A DNA stretch of 64,000 nucleotides from contig DASRDX010000009.1 in the NCBI GenBank assembly GCA_035652395.1, positions 144,411 through 208,410 on the forward strand, read 5' to 3'. The notes beneath the pieces were generated by a model. That model saw only the letters and a program-made list of their open reading frames with translations, searched no databases and had not been told where the DNA came from. Within the stretch, counting starts at the first letter, position 1. Every line of letters starts with the position of its first letter. Shown here in pieces: positions 8,896 through 17,498 of this stretch. This DNA comes from Minisyncoccota bacterium. Lineage in GTDB: Bacteria > Patescibacteriota > Minisyncoccia > Phycocordibacterales > CAJBRS01. Made by a program: the position numbers and the translations under genes.

Positions 8896-9771
8896 ATGAA
8901 ACGGCGTCGAGCCATTGAGCCGTCACAATTAGGCAGACGAAGGCGTAGGAGACGATTAATAAAATTTCTTCTCTGGCTCCTTCTTTTGATTTTAATTGTG
9001 GTAGGAGCCAGTTTCCTCACTCACTGGTCCAAAATATCTGTTCAGAATATCGTGGTTAAAGGAAATGAAGTGACTTCCTCTTCCGATATTTCTTCTCTGG
9101 CTGAGTCGGACATGACTGGCAACTATTATTACCTCTTTTCCAGACGAAATATTTTACTTTTCCCTAAAGCTCAGATTGAGAATGATATTTTGAATCATCA
9201 CTCTCGTATTATGAGTGCCAGCATCAAACAGACCGCTTTGGATAAAATCGAAATTGATCTATCCGAGAGGAAGGCGATTGGTATTTGGTGTTTTGATATC
9301 AGTGCCACCACCAGTGCTTCCTGTTATTCAATCGATCAAACTGGTTACCTTTTTGACAAGGCACCCGAAATTTATGGGGCCAACTTCTTCACTTATTCGG
9401 GGCTGGTAGAACAAATTGATCCAATTGGTTCTAGATTTTTGCCAGCCGATCGATTTCAGGCTTTAAACAAATTCATCGCTGACCTTAGAAAGTTAAATAT
9501 TAATCCGGCTAGCTTAGTGGCCACTGATCTTTACGATTTTCAATTAAATTTAGACACGGGCGGCAAAATTCTTTTCAGCACTCGAGAGCCACTTGATCAG
9601 GCTCTGAGCAATTTGGAAATTGTGATTAATAAAAATAATCCAGATGGGGCAAGCATCGATCTTTCAAAAATCGATTACATTGATTTGCGCTTTGGCAACA
9701 AAATCAATTATAAGTTAAAGAGTGGTACCGCCGTTCAAAGCGCCACTACCTCTGCCAGCAGTACTCTTTAG
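8896..9771 (+). CDS. ftsQ: cell division protein FtsQ/DivIB-like (POTRA domain)
   Basis: Arg-rich cytoplasmic N-terminus, a single TM segment (LIKFLLWLLLLILIVVGASFL), then a POTRA-like VQNIVVKGNEVTSSSDI; the ATG overlaps the serS stop. Confidence 0.55.
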   Translation: MKRRRAIEPSQLGRRRRRRRLIKFLLWLLLLILIVVGASFLTHWSKISVQNIVVKGNEVTSSSDISSLAESDMTGNYYYLFSRRNILLFPKAQIENDILNHHSRIMSASIKQTALDKIEIDLSERKAIGIWCFDISATTSASCYSIDQTGYLFDKAPEIYGANFFTYSGLVEQIDPIGSRFLPADRFQALNKFIADLRKLNINPASLVATDLYDFQLNLDTGGKILFSTREPLDQALSNLEIVINKNNPDGASIDLSKIDYIDLRFGNKINYKLKSGTAVQSATTSASSTL

Positions 9772-9786
9772 TATAATATTCAAATC

Positions 9787-10920
9787 ATGGCTACCCTTAA
9801 TAATTTTGGAGAAGATCATAAACATGACCCGCTGGCGATGAAGACCCTTTCGGCTTCTTCAAGTTTTTTAAATGTGGAAATCAATATCCTAGGTTTTCGT
9901 CCGCATCACTATATTTTCTGGACGATCGCGGCTGTAATTCTAGGCGTTAGCGCCACTTATGGGGCAGTGCACGCCGGAGGCGTGGCTTATGAGTATTTAA
10001 AAGGGCCCCAAGCGGAGCTTGCGGCCAACCAACCTTCTGCAGAGCAGGGCTCTGACGATACGTTAAGTACCACCACTTCTGAAGAGCAGATTTCGGGCTT
10101 CTATAGCGTGCTTAATCCACGAAAGCCCCTACCTTTGAGTGCTTCGGCCTATCTGGTCGGCGATGTTGATACGGGCGATATCATTATTGAAAAAAATCAA
10201 AATGCTAAATGGCCGATGGCTTCCGTCACTAAACTGATGACTGCCACTGTGGAGCTCGAAACGCTTGATCAGCTCGCTTACGCCACTGTCACTCCGGCCA
10301 GCACAAAATACTATCCCCTAACAGGAGATTTAATTATGAATGAGACAGTTAAAATCAGTGATCTAAAATATCCGCTGTTAGTGGTGTCCAGTAATGTAGC
10401 TGCCGAAGTTTTTGCCAATTTTGTCGGGCGTGCCACATTCTTACAAGAATTGAATGACAAAGCCGCCACCTTAGGTATGAGTAACAGTCATTACAATGAT
10501 CCAAGTGGTCTTGATCCGAAAAGTTATTCCAGTGCTCTAGATTTGTTCAAATTATCGCAATATATAAAAGAGAATCATCCGGAAATATTTGATATTGGCC
10601 GCATCAGAGAATATTCAATTCTTGGTCACACTTGGATTAACCAGAATCATCAGCTTACTTACAAAAGTTTTGCCGGAGGCAAAAACGGTTTTACCGATCA
10701 AGCTGAACAATCAACAGTTTCTCTTTTCTATCTTTCATTTAATCCGAAAAATAAAAATGAGATTCGTACTATCGCTATTGTTCTCCTTCATACCAACGAT
10801 CGGACTGGGGATGTTTCCAAGATTTTAAATTACCTTTCAAGTAACATTCGTTATCAGCAGCAACCTTTGGATGTTGGTGGTACTCAACCAGGCCCGACCG
10901 GAGGAAATCTTGATCGCTAA
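9787..10920 (+). CDS. D-alanyl-D-alanine carboxypeptidase (peptidase S11)
   Basis: SxxK motif (MASVTKLMT), SxN motif (VVSSNVAAE) and KxG motif (GGKNGFT); N-terminal TM or signal segment. Confidence 0.75.
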   Translation: MATLNNFGEDHKHDPLAMKTLSASSSFLNVEINILGFRPHHYIFWTIAAVILGVSATYGAVHAGGVAYEYLKGPQAELAANQPSAEQGSDDTLSTTTSEEQISGFYSVLNPRKPLPLSASAYLVGDVDTGDIIIEKNQNAKWPMASVTKLMTATVELETLDQLAYATVTPASTKYYPLTGDLIMNETVKISDLKYPLLVVSSNVAAEVFANFVGRATFLQELNDKAATLGMSNSHYNDPSGLDPKSYSSALDLFKLSQYIKENHPEIFDIGRIREYSILGHTWINQNHQLTYKSFAGGKNGFTDQAEQSTVSLFYLSFNPKNKNEIRTIAIVLLHTNDRTGDVSKILNYLSSNIRYQQQPLDVGGTQPGPTGGNLDR

Positions 10921-10934
10921 TTTAAGAACGGGAT

Positions 10935-11918
10935 ATGAATCTGGGATTCTGGGCAAAATTAAAAAAGCCAATTATGGTCTTGGCTCCGATGGCAGATGTT
11001 ACAGATGCGGCTTTTCGGCGGGTGATTGCCAAATATGGCAAGCCGGATGTGATGTGGACGGAGTTTGTCTCGGCCGATGGGTTGGTTTTGGCTCCGAAAG
11101 AAGGTCGCGAGAAACTCTTGCGCGACCTTCAATTTAGTGAAACCGAACGCCCAATAGTGGCTCAGTTTTTTACCGCTCGGCCTGAAATGATGAAGAAAGC
11201 AGCCGAGCTTGCCAGCGAGCTCGGCTTTGATGGTATTGATATTAATATGGGCTGTCCTGACCGCAGTATTGAAAAACAAGGAGCGGGAGCAGCTCTTATT
11301 AATACACCGGAATTGGCCGCCGCTATCATTGCGGCGGCCAAAGAGGGAACGGAAGCGGCTGGCGCCCGACTAAATCGCCCGCCGCTTCCAGTCTCGGTCA
11401 AAACTCGCATTGGTTACAATAAAAATGAGATTGAAACTTGGTTGCCGGCCCTCCTTAAAACAGAGCCGGCTGTCATCACGGTGCATGCCCGCACCCGAAA
11501 AGAAATGTCGAAAGTGGCAGCTCATTGGGAGGTAGTGAGAAGAGCGGTAGAGATTCGGAATGGAATGAATTCCCAGACTCTCATTTTTGGCAATGGTGAT
11601 GTCTCGGATATTGAGGAGGCGCGCGCTAAAGCGCGCGCCTCCTCCGCCGACGGCATCATGCTCGGCCGCGCCATCTTCGGCAATCCTTGGCTCTTTTCGG
11701 AAACTCAACCAGCTCTTCCGGAAAAATTAAAGGTGCTGGTTGAACACACCTATCTATTTGAACAACTACTCGGTGATATTAAGAGCTTCGCTATTATGAA
11801 AAAACACTACAAAGCCTATGCCCAAGGCTTTGGGGGAGCCAAGGAACTCCGAATGGAGTTAATGGAAGCTAAAAATGCCAGAGAAGCAGAAAGAACAATA
11901 AACACATTTCTAGCTTGA
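10935..11918 (+). CDS. dus: tRNA-dihydrouridine synthase
   Basis: MVLAPMADVTDAAFRRV, DINMGCP and IGYNKNE TIM-barrel Dus motifs. Confidence 0.85.
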   Translation: MNLGFWAKLKKPIMVLAPMADVTDAAFRRVIAKYGKPDVMWTEFVSADGLVLAPKEGREKLLRDLQFSETERPIVAQFFTARPEMMKKAAELASELGFDGIDINMGCPDRSIEKQGAGAALINTPELAAAIIAAAKEGTEAAGARLNRPPLPVSVKTRIGYNKNEIETWLPALLKTEPAVITVHARTRKEMSKVAAHWEVVRRAVEIRNGMNSQTLIFGNGDVSDIEEARAKARASSADGIMLGRAIFGNPWLFSETQPALPEKLKVLVEHTYLFEQLLGDIKSFAIMKKHYKAYAQGFGGAKELRMELMEAKNAREAERTINTFLA

Positions 11919-11942
11919 CTTTATTTTTTAAGGTGATATAAT
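11915..11942 (+). promoter_or_regulatory. sigma70-type promoter: TTGACT, 16-nt spacer, extended -10 TGaTATAAT
   Basis: ttgact at 11915-11920 and tgatataat at 11934-11942; it overlaps the dus stop codon; the predicted transcription start is near 11950. Confidence 0.5.
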
Positions 11943-11949
11943 TTATTTG

Positions 11950-12285
11950 AATGAAAAAACTGAAAGCTCCCAGTGGGAGCCAGCTCTGTTCATTATTGGA
12001 TACGAAAAACGACGCGATCAGCTCGGACGGCGACGCCCATTGATCGGGCGGCGCGGTCACAACCCTTAACCGGCATGGCGCCAAAGGAGGTAAATAACGT
12101 AGCAGCCTGAGAGATTAATAGAGATAGGCTTCTATTTCTCTTAATTTTTCCGGCCTCGTCACGGCAAATCAAACATCGCCGCTAACAACCCACATACCGG
12201 GAAATGCGGCAACGTTAAAAGGTTTATCACTATTAGAAAAAGGCGGGGGCATTCGAAAGAGTGCTCCCGCCGATTTTTTTATTTT
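11950..12285 (+). ncRNA. candidate structured ncRNA of about 335 nt, identity unresolved (position matches ffs upstream of dnaX; no SRP, tmRNA or RNase P consensus seen)
   Basis: A consensus promoter and a strong intrinsic terminator bracket a segment with no ORF over 60 aa. Local hairpins include gctccc-agt-gggagc. Confidence 0.3.
12242..12285 (+). terminator. intrinsic terminator: ggcgggggca...tgctcccgcc followed by GATTTTTTTATTTT
   Basis: 10-bp stem with one G-U pair, then a 13-nt T-rich run. Confidence 0.7.
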
Positions 12286-12393
12286 GCAAAAAAGGGTATA
12301 ATTAAATCCCAGAAAGGAGATCATTCTATCGCAAGAAGGTAAAACTTCATCCCAGACCTAATCTCTTTTTTAAAGGGTAAGGTTTTTTCATAC

Positions 12394-12428
12394 GGAGCGA
12401 GGTCAGCAATGACCTCGCTCTTCTTTTT
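12394..12428 (+). terminator. second intrinsic terminator: ggagcgaggtca-gcaa-tgacctcgctc followed by TTCTTTTT
   Basis: Perfect 11-bp stem with a 4-nt loop and a T-run; a TATAAT box at 12431-12436 and the dnaX ATG at 12443 follow. Confidence 0.6.
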
Positions 12429-12442
12429 GCTATAATCCTTCT

Positions 12443-13495
12443 ATGTCAGAGACCGCTCTCTATCGAAAATATCGTCCAAAAAGTTTCAAGGAAGTAATGG
12501 GGCAAGATGAGATTGTAGATGTACTTCAGGGATCTATCAAACAGGGTAATATTGCTCACGCTTATTTATTTTGTGGCTCGCGGGGGACTGGGAAGACAAC
12601 CGTCGCTCGCATTCTGGCTAAAGCTATTGGTACCAGTAATAATGATTTGTATGAGATTGATGCGGCTTCTAGAAATAGCGTCGATGAAATCCGGGCTTTA
12701 AATGAAGCGGTTAACACTTTGCCGTATGAATCAAAATATAAAGTCTACATTCTGGACGAAGTCCACATGCTATCAAAGGCAGCCTTCAATGCCTTTCTGA
12801 AAACTTTGGAAGAGCCGCCGTCACACGTTGTTTTTATTTTAGCTACCACGGAAGCGGAAAAGTTGCCGGAGACGGTTGTCTCTCGCACCCAGCAATTTAC
12901 TTTTAAAAAACCTTCCCAAACAATTTTAAAAAAGATTGTCGAAAAGACCGCCAAGGAGGAAGGATATCAGATTGAAGCGGGCGGAGCAGATCTGATTGCC
13001 CTTTTAGGCGACGGCTCATTTCGTGACGCTCTAGGCATTTTGCAGAAAATTATCGGTTCAACTAATGATAAAAAAATTACTCTGGATGAGATTGAGAAAG
13101 TAACCGGTGCTCCGCGAGGCGAGCTTGTCAATAGTTTCGTCAAGGCCTTGGCTGAAAAGGATCTCGAAGAAGGTTTGGCCACGATTAAGAAGGCGGCCAA
13201 ACAAAATATTGATATGAAACTCTATCTGAAATTAATTCTGGAGAAAATGCGCCAAATCCTTCTTCTGCGTTATCAGAAGGATTTGCGCAGAGAGCTCGCC
13301 GGCGAGCTCTCCGCTTCCGACCTCACCTTCGTTGAGAAACTGGCCACCGATCCTACTCACACCATTTCCTCCGCCACTCTGGCTGAAATGCTCGGCATCT
13401 ACGACCAAATTGGCCGCACTCATATCCCCGAACTTCCACTGGAGCTGGCCCTAATCAAATTAATTGAGGTTCAAAATAAAAAAGCGATCAGTTAG
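12443..13495 (+). CDS. dnaX: DNA polymerase III subunit gamma/tau (short, gamma-like, 350 aa)
   Basis: YRPKSFKEVMGQ, GSRGTGKTT (Walker A), ILDEVHML and SRTQ motifs; there is no Shine-Dalgarno sequence upstream. Confidence 0.9.
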   Translation: MSETALYRKYRPKSFKEVMGQDEIVDVLQGSIKQGNIAHAYLFCGSRGTGKTTVARILAKAIGTSNNDLYEIDAASRNSVDEIRALNEAVNTLPYESKYKVYILDEVHMLSKAAFNAFLKTLEEPPSHVVFILATTEAEKLPETVVSRTQQFTFKKPSQTILKKIVEKTAKEEGYQIEAGGADLIALLGDGSFRDALGILQKIIGSTNDKKITLDEIEKVTGAPRGELVNSFVKALAEKDLEEGLATIKKAAKQNIDMKLYLKLILEKMRQILLLRYQKDLRRELAGELSASDLTFVEKLATDPTHTISSATLAEMLGIYDQIGRTHIPELPLELALIKLIEVQNKKAIS

Positions 13496-13502
13496 GATCG
13501 CT

Positions 13503-14324
13503 TCAATTTTTGGATTCATCAAAAACTGTAGTCAAAGCCCCAAGGCCACTGAGTAGGGTCAGTTGCTGATGAGCCCCGTCGAGATTGTGGGAAATAATTT
13601 CTGTTCCGTATCCGTCACCCATCTCTCGTATGCTCCCTTTATAATCGGTGTGCAATTCGCAAGCGTCGCCAGGGCAAGCAAAAAGCACCTGACCTCCGCG
13701 AAAAAAGGAACGGAATTGATTTCGGTTGAAACTTTCCACTTTTCCGTGAATAGTGGCGTAGGCCTTTTTCATGGCACGAATGCCGGGCTCAAAGGCCATT
13801 GGCTTCTCATAGGAGTCCGATTGCTGCTCAATGAATTTAACTAACGCCGGACTGGCATGGCCTCCCGTTGCGTGACCATGTCTATCCGCAGTGGCGCAAG
13901 TGCCGAGAGTAAAAAGCTGAGTCTCCTTTTGACCAAGCTCTTTGAGTGGCGGCCTCTCCAAGGCGAAAAGAAGAACTTGGAGAGTAAAGCAGACTTTGGC
14001 AATTTCAGATCGGGAGTATTGCTCTCGATAATCAAATCGAGGCAATTTGATCCGATAACTTAACCAGTCACCAATAGTCTCGCTAAGCGTAATGGCGTTG
14101 TTAATGCCGAAGCTCTCTTCGCCGAGACGGCACTCACATTTTTCAAAAAGCGGTAGGAAACCGAACTGGTCTTCCACGTTTCTGAATAAAGGTGTGCAGT
14201 CCTGATAATGATCGAGGAAGGCGATAGATGGACGATGTATTTGAATGAAAAGACCGTTCTTTTTGAAATCCCAAAGCAGATTAAACCACCGCGGTATGTC
14301 GGTTTGCATTATGAATTTTCTCAT
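13503..14324 (-). CDS. hypothetical protein with His/Cys-rich metal-binding-like motifs
   Basis: 273-aa ORF with motifs TCATADRHGHATGGHASP and LFACPGDACELHTD; no family recognised. Confidence 0.6.
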   Translation of the reverse strand: MRKFIMQTDIPRWFNLLWDFKKNGLFIQIHRPSIAFLDHYQDCTPLFRNVEDQFGFLPLFEKCECRLGEESFGINNAITLSETIGDWLSYRIKLPRFDYREQYSRSEIAKVCFTLQVLLFALERPPLKELGQKETQLFTLGTCATADRHGHATGGHASPALVKFIEQQSDSYEKPMAFEPGIRAMKKAYATIHGKVESFNRNQFRSFFRGGQVLFACPGDACELHTDYKGSIREMGDGYGTEIISHNLDGAHQQLTLLSGLGALTTVFDESKN

Positions 14325-14395
14325 GAACTTTCTCCTATGTTCAGGTTAGCACAAGATTTTTTTATCTCAAATTTTGATGATATTATTCCCAGCAT

Positions 14396-14468
14396 TGCGG
14401 GATCGTCTAATGGTAGGACATCGCCCTTTGGAGGCGAGTATCTTGGTTCGAGTCCAAGTCCCGCAGCC
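14396..14468 (+). tRNA. tRNA-Gln (anticodon UUG)
   Basis: TGCGGGATCGTCTAATGGTAGGACATCGCCCTTTGGAGGCGAGTATCTTGGTTCGAGTCCAAGTCCCGCAGCC. U1:A72 closes a perfect 7-bp acceptor stem; anticodon loop cTTTGGa; T-loop TTCGAGT; G73 discriminator; CC is encoded. Confidence 0.8.
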
Positions 14469-14492
14469 CGTAATTTCTGATATAATTTAAAT

Positions 14493-14744
14493 ATGCATTT
14501 CAAATCAGAAAAAATCTCACTTCTAATCCTGGCTATAACATCGCTTGTCTTCTCTAGGGTGATGTTTCTGTTTTTCAATGATCCCGAAGGCCCAAATCTT
14601 TTGGTAGTTGTAGGGGCAGCAGCCATAGTGTTTCTTCTCTCTTTAGCAGCATATTTTTTCAATTTCTCACGCTCTAAGAAACTTTTATTGGCAATTCTCA
14701 TTCAGATAATTATAGTTACTGGTTTCTATTTTGGGTTAGGCTAA
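14493..14744 (+). CDS. small membrane protein (83 aa, 2 TM)
   Basis: Two hydrophobic segments; it starts 25 nt after tRNA-Gln. Confidence 0.45.
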   Translation: MHFKSEKISLLILAITSLVFSRVMFLFFNDPEGPNLLVVVGAAAIVFLLSLAAYFFNFSRSKKLLLAILIQIIIVTGFYFGLG

Positions 14745-14799
14745 AACATTTTGACTTTTTCTAATTTACTGCTAATTTCAGATTAGAAGAAAGGAAAAA

Positions 14800-15582
14800 A
14801 TGAATTTAACTCCATACGTCGGTATTACCGGCTTTGTCAGTCTTGAACAGGTTAAAACCTTGTCGGCAGTCTGGAAAAGTGTCAGACCCAAAGAATCAAC
14901 TCGGAAGCTTCATGTGGGAGTGATGACCAGTTACAAACATCATCACCATATCCCGCATGCCTATGAAAAAGCATTTCCTCTGGAGAATCGAATTGCCGAA
15001 ATTTTTGACTGCGCTGAGACTTACAATTGTCTCCATTATGTAGACTACGTCGGTCGCCCGAAACTCTGGGAAACTCTGACGGAGATCATTTCTCTGGGAG
15101 GAATTGGCCTACACGCCATTCAGCTCGACATGACTTGGCCGGATCCAACAGAAATCGCCAAGGGCGTTCAGGCTTCCAGAAAGAAGGTGGAAGTGATTCT
15201 GCAAATCGGTCTAAAGGCATTTGAGGCGGTTTATTCCGATCCGCTTCGGTTAGTTCGCAAACTTGAGGAATACGAAGACATTGTTCAGCGAGTTTCGCTC
15301 GATCAGAGTATGGGAAAAGGTCGGCCTCTGGCACCCAAAGAACTTTCGCGATTTATTCGGGCCATCAAGATCGCTTTCCCGAAAATGGCAATCACTGTGG
15401 CTGGAGGACTCGGACCAAAGACGGTTCATTTACTTGGATCCTTGGTCAAAGAAAGTCCCGATCTTAGTTGGGATGCTGAAGGAAAACTTCGAACTAGCGG
15501 CAGCAATCGCGATCCAATGGAAGTCCCGAGAGCTGTGGAATACCTGCGTTCTTCAGCGGAGTATTCGGAGGTCTCGCCGTAA
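14800..15582 (+). CDS. hypothetical protein (260 aa)
   Basis: ORF preceded by a Shine-Dalgarno-like gaaaggaaaaaATG; it contains an HHHH run; no family recognised. Confidence 0.6.
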   Translation: MNLTPYVGITGFVSLEQVKTLSAVWKSVRPKESTRKLHVGVMTSYKHHHHIPHAYEKAFPLENRIAEIFDCAETYNCLHYVDYVGRPKLWETLTEIISLGGIGLHAIQLDMTWPDPTEIAKGVQASRKKVEVILQIGLKAFEAVYSDPLRLVRKLEEYEDIVQRVSLDQSMGKGRPLAPKELSRFIRAIKIAFPKMAITVAGGLGPKTVHLLGSLVKESPDLSWDAEGKLRTSGSNRDPMEVPRAVEYLRSSAEYSEVSP

Positions 15583-15618
15583 GGCGAGACCATTTTAATT
15601 TATAGTATTATTCTTATT

Positions 15619-16401
15619 ATGACTGAAGACGATTTTAAAGAAAAATTAAATCCGGAGCAGTATCGGGTGATGCGCGAGAAAGATACAGAACGGCCATATT
15701 CGGGAAGGTACTGGGATCATGAGGAGAAGGGAATTTATCTTTGTGCGGCCTGTAATAATCCGTTATTTACCTCTCTTTCCAAATTTGATTCGGAGACGGG
15801 CTGGCCGAGTTTTGCCAGGCCAGCCAAAAAGAGTCATCTGACAGAAATTGCCGCCTCTGGCGGTAGGACTGAAGTAACTTGCTCAAAATGCGGCGGGCAT
15901 CTCGGTTACTTACTTTCAAGAACTCCCGGCGAAAAACCGTATTATCAAGTCAACTCGGCTAGTTTAAAATTTCTGGATATGCCGGAATTGGATGACGAAG
16001 ATGATTCCGATCAAGATGAAGATAATCAGGACGGTTCCCAGAAGAATGCGTCAAAAGTAAAAGGTAACCCACAGACAGCTTCGAAAGTTAAGCTTCCGAC
16101 CATTTCTCTTCAAAATATGCTTTTTTTAGTAGCCGCCGCTTTAGCGGGCGGAGTTCTAGGCGGCTCCTATGGTGCTTATCTTTGTCAGACTAGTTCTCCT
16201 ATTGTGGCGGGCTCCTCGATAAGTAGTCCTGTTCCAGTCAGTACTTCTTCAATTTTACTTGCCCCTTCAACTCCTAAGAAACTTCCGAAATCTGCTGCTT
16301 CTAACCTTTCAAGCAGTAGCTCCTCCAGCACCAGCTCCAATCTCTCTAGCCCTATTACGGCCACCTCAGCTACAGCTACCGGCACAAAAGGCACGCCTTA
16401 A
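15619..16401 (+). CDS. msrB: peptide-methionine (R)-S-oxide reductase MsrB fused to an acidic linker, a TM segment and a Ser-rich tail
   Basis: MsrB (SelR) core: SGRYWDHEEKGIYLCAACNNPLF, GWPSF, CSKCGGHLG. Then DDEDDSDQDEDNQD, then LFLVAAALAGGVLGGSYGAYL, then an S/T-rich tail. Confidence 0.8.
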   Translation: MTEDDFKEKLNPEQYRVMREKDTERPYSGRYWDHEEKGIYLCAACNNPLFTSLSKFDSETGWPSFARPAKKSHLTEIAASGGRTEVTCSKCGGHLGYLLSRTPGEKPYYQVNSASLKFLDMPELDDEDDSDQDEDNQDGSQKNASKVKGNPQTASKVKLPTISLQNMLFLVAAALAGGVLGGSYGAYLCQTSSPIVAGSSISSPVPVSTSSILLAPSTPKKLPKSAASNLSSSSSSSTSSNLSSPITATSATATGTKGTP

Positions 16402-16506
16402 GTGGTCTTTTATATTGTAAGAATATATTGTAAGAAATAGGCCCTCATTTCGGCTTATATATAGGCAAACCGAAGGTTTGCCTATTATCAGTAATTAAAA
16501 TTAAAT

Positions 16507-17439
16507 ATGAAAAACAAACTTACTTTAAGCATTTTGGTCATGGCTCTGGCCTTCGCTGTAGGAACAAGCACGGCTTCGGCCCATGGTCTAAATTTCGGTC
16601 TCGGCGCTAAGGCGGATGTTAATAGTTCAAGCAACGTTAATCTAAAACATGACAGTCTCTTGAATGCCAATGTCGGGGCTAATGCGAATGCCAATCTCAA
16701 TGCCAACGCAGATTCCGATAAACATGAGGACGGAGACAATAATTCTGAAGATAATCAGAACAAGGTTGAATCACACGGCGATATAAAAGCCAATGTAAAC
16801 AATGGTTTATTCATGAACTTTGTTCATCGAATCTTCCCATTTTTCCACAATGGCTTTGCCGGAATTGTTGGTAGTGTTTCGGCCGTTAATGGCAACACTA
16901 TTAGCGTAATAGTTAACAACGGAAACGCTTCTTCTACTTACAGTGTGGATGTTTCAGCCGCAACTATTTCCAGAAATGGAGCTAGTTCTAGCGCCAGCTC
17001 TATTACTGTCGGAGACGTCGTAATTGTTTCCGGAACGATTAATGGAAATTCTGTAGTGGCTACTTCCGTTCGAGATACTTCTCGAGTAGATAAGAATCCT
17101 AAACCAAATCCTATTGTGATTACCGGAAACGGTCAGCCCGTAATTGGCGGAACCGTCACCGCAGTTAGTGGCAACACCGTTACCATTACTACTGCTTCCG
17201 GAAATGTGACTTACAATGTGGATGCCTCAAGTTCAGTCATCGCCAAGAACAAGGCTACTTCTACTGTCAGCGCCATCAGCGTTGGAGACCAAGTCATTGT
17301 TCAAGGTGCTGTCTCTGGAAATACCGTAAACGCTTCATCCATCATTGACGTTGGCATGAACGCTTCCTCAACTCATCAGGGTGGGGGAATCTGGAAATCA
17401 ATCGGTGGATTCTTCAAGCACCTCTTCGGATTCTTCTAA
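16507..17439 (+). CDS. secreted repeat protein (signal peptide; Asn/Ala repeats; three DUF5666-like beta-repeat units)
   Basis: Signal peptide MKNKLTLSILVMALAFAVGTSTASA; NANVGANANANLNANADSD; three repeats of the form G.V.AV.GNT..V....GN..Y.VD.S. Confidence 0.7.
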   Translation: MKNKLTLSILVMALAFAVGTSTASAHGLNFGLGAKADVNSSSNVNLKHDSLLNANVGANANANLNANADSDKHEDGDNNSEDNQNKVESHGDIKANVNNGLFMNFVHRIFPFFHNGFAGIVGSVSAVNGNTISVIVNNGNASSTYSVDVSAATISRNGASSSASSITVGDVVIVSGTINGNSVVATSVRDTSRVDKNPKPNPIVITGNGQPVIGGTVTAVSGNTVTITTASGNVTYNVDASSSVIAKNKATSTVSAISVGDQVIVQGAVSGNTVNASSIIDVGMNASSTHQGGGIWKSIGGFFKHLFGFF

Positions 17440-17465
17440 GAATTAACGACAGAATGATTTAAAAA

Positions 17466-17497
17466 GGCAGCCGGCCGAAAGGCCGGCTGCCTTTTTA
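17466..17497 (+). terminator. intrinsic terminator: ggcagccggcc-gaaa-ggccggctgcc followed by TTTTT
   Basis: Perfect 11-bp GC-rich stem with a GAAA loop, then a T-run. Confidence 0.8.
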
Positions 17498-17498
17498 A

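Noticed and set aside
11950-12285. tmRNA hypothesis for the RNA upstream of dnaX (a frame ...GCG CCA AAG GAG GTA AAT AAC GTA GCA GCC TGA resembles a tag ending NNVAA*, and UGGAUACGA resembles the tmRNA UGGAUUCGAC)
   Set aside because: There is no tRNA-like 3' end (T-arm GGUUCGAAUCC plus acceptor complementary to a GGGG 5' end) anywhere before the terminator, on either strand. It is therefore not supported.
12286-12393. SRP (4.5S) RNA as a short hairpin between the two terminators
   Set aside because: There is no GGAA/GNRA tetraloop flanked by the AGGUCAGG...GGAAGCAGCC domain-IV motif. The only AGCAGCC heptamer lies in the upstream unit, without its 5' partner.
16185-16739. Minus-strand ORFs 16185..16394 and 16488..16739
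   Set aside because: They are antisense to the Ser-rich msrB tail and to the start of the Asn/Ala-repeat gene. Low-complexity repeats generate open antisense frames.
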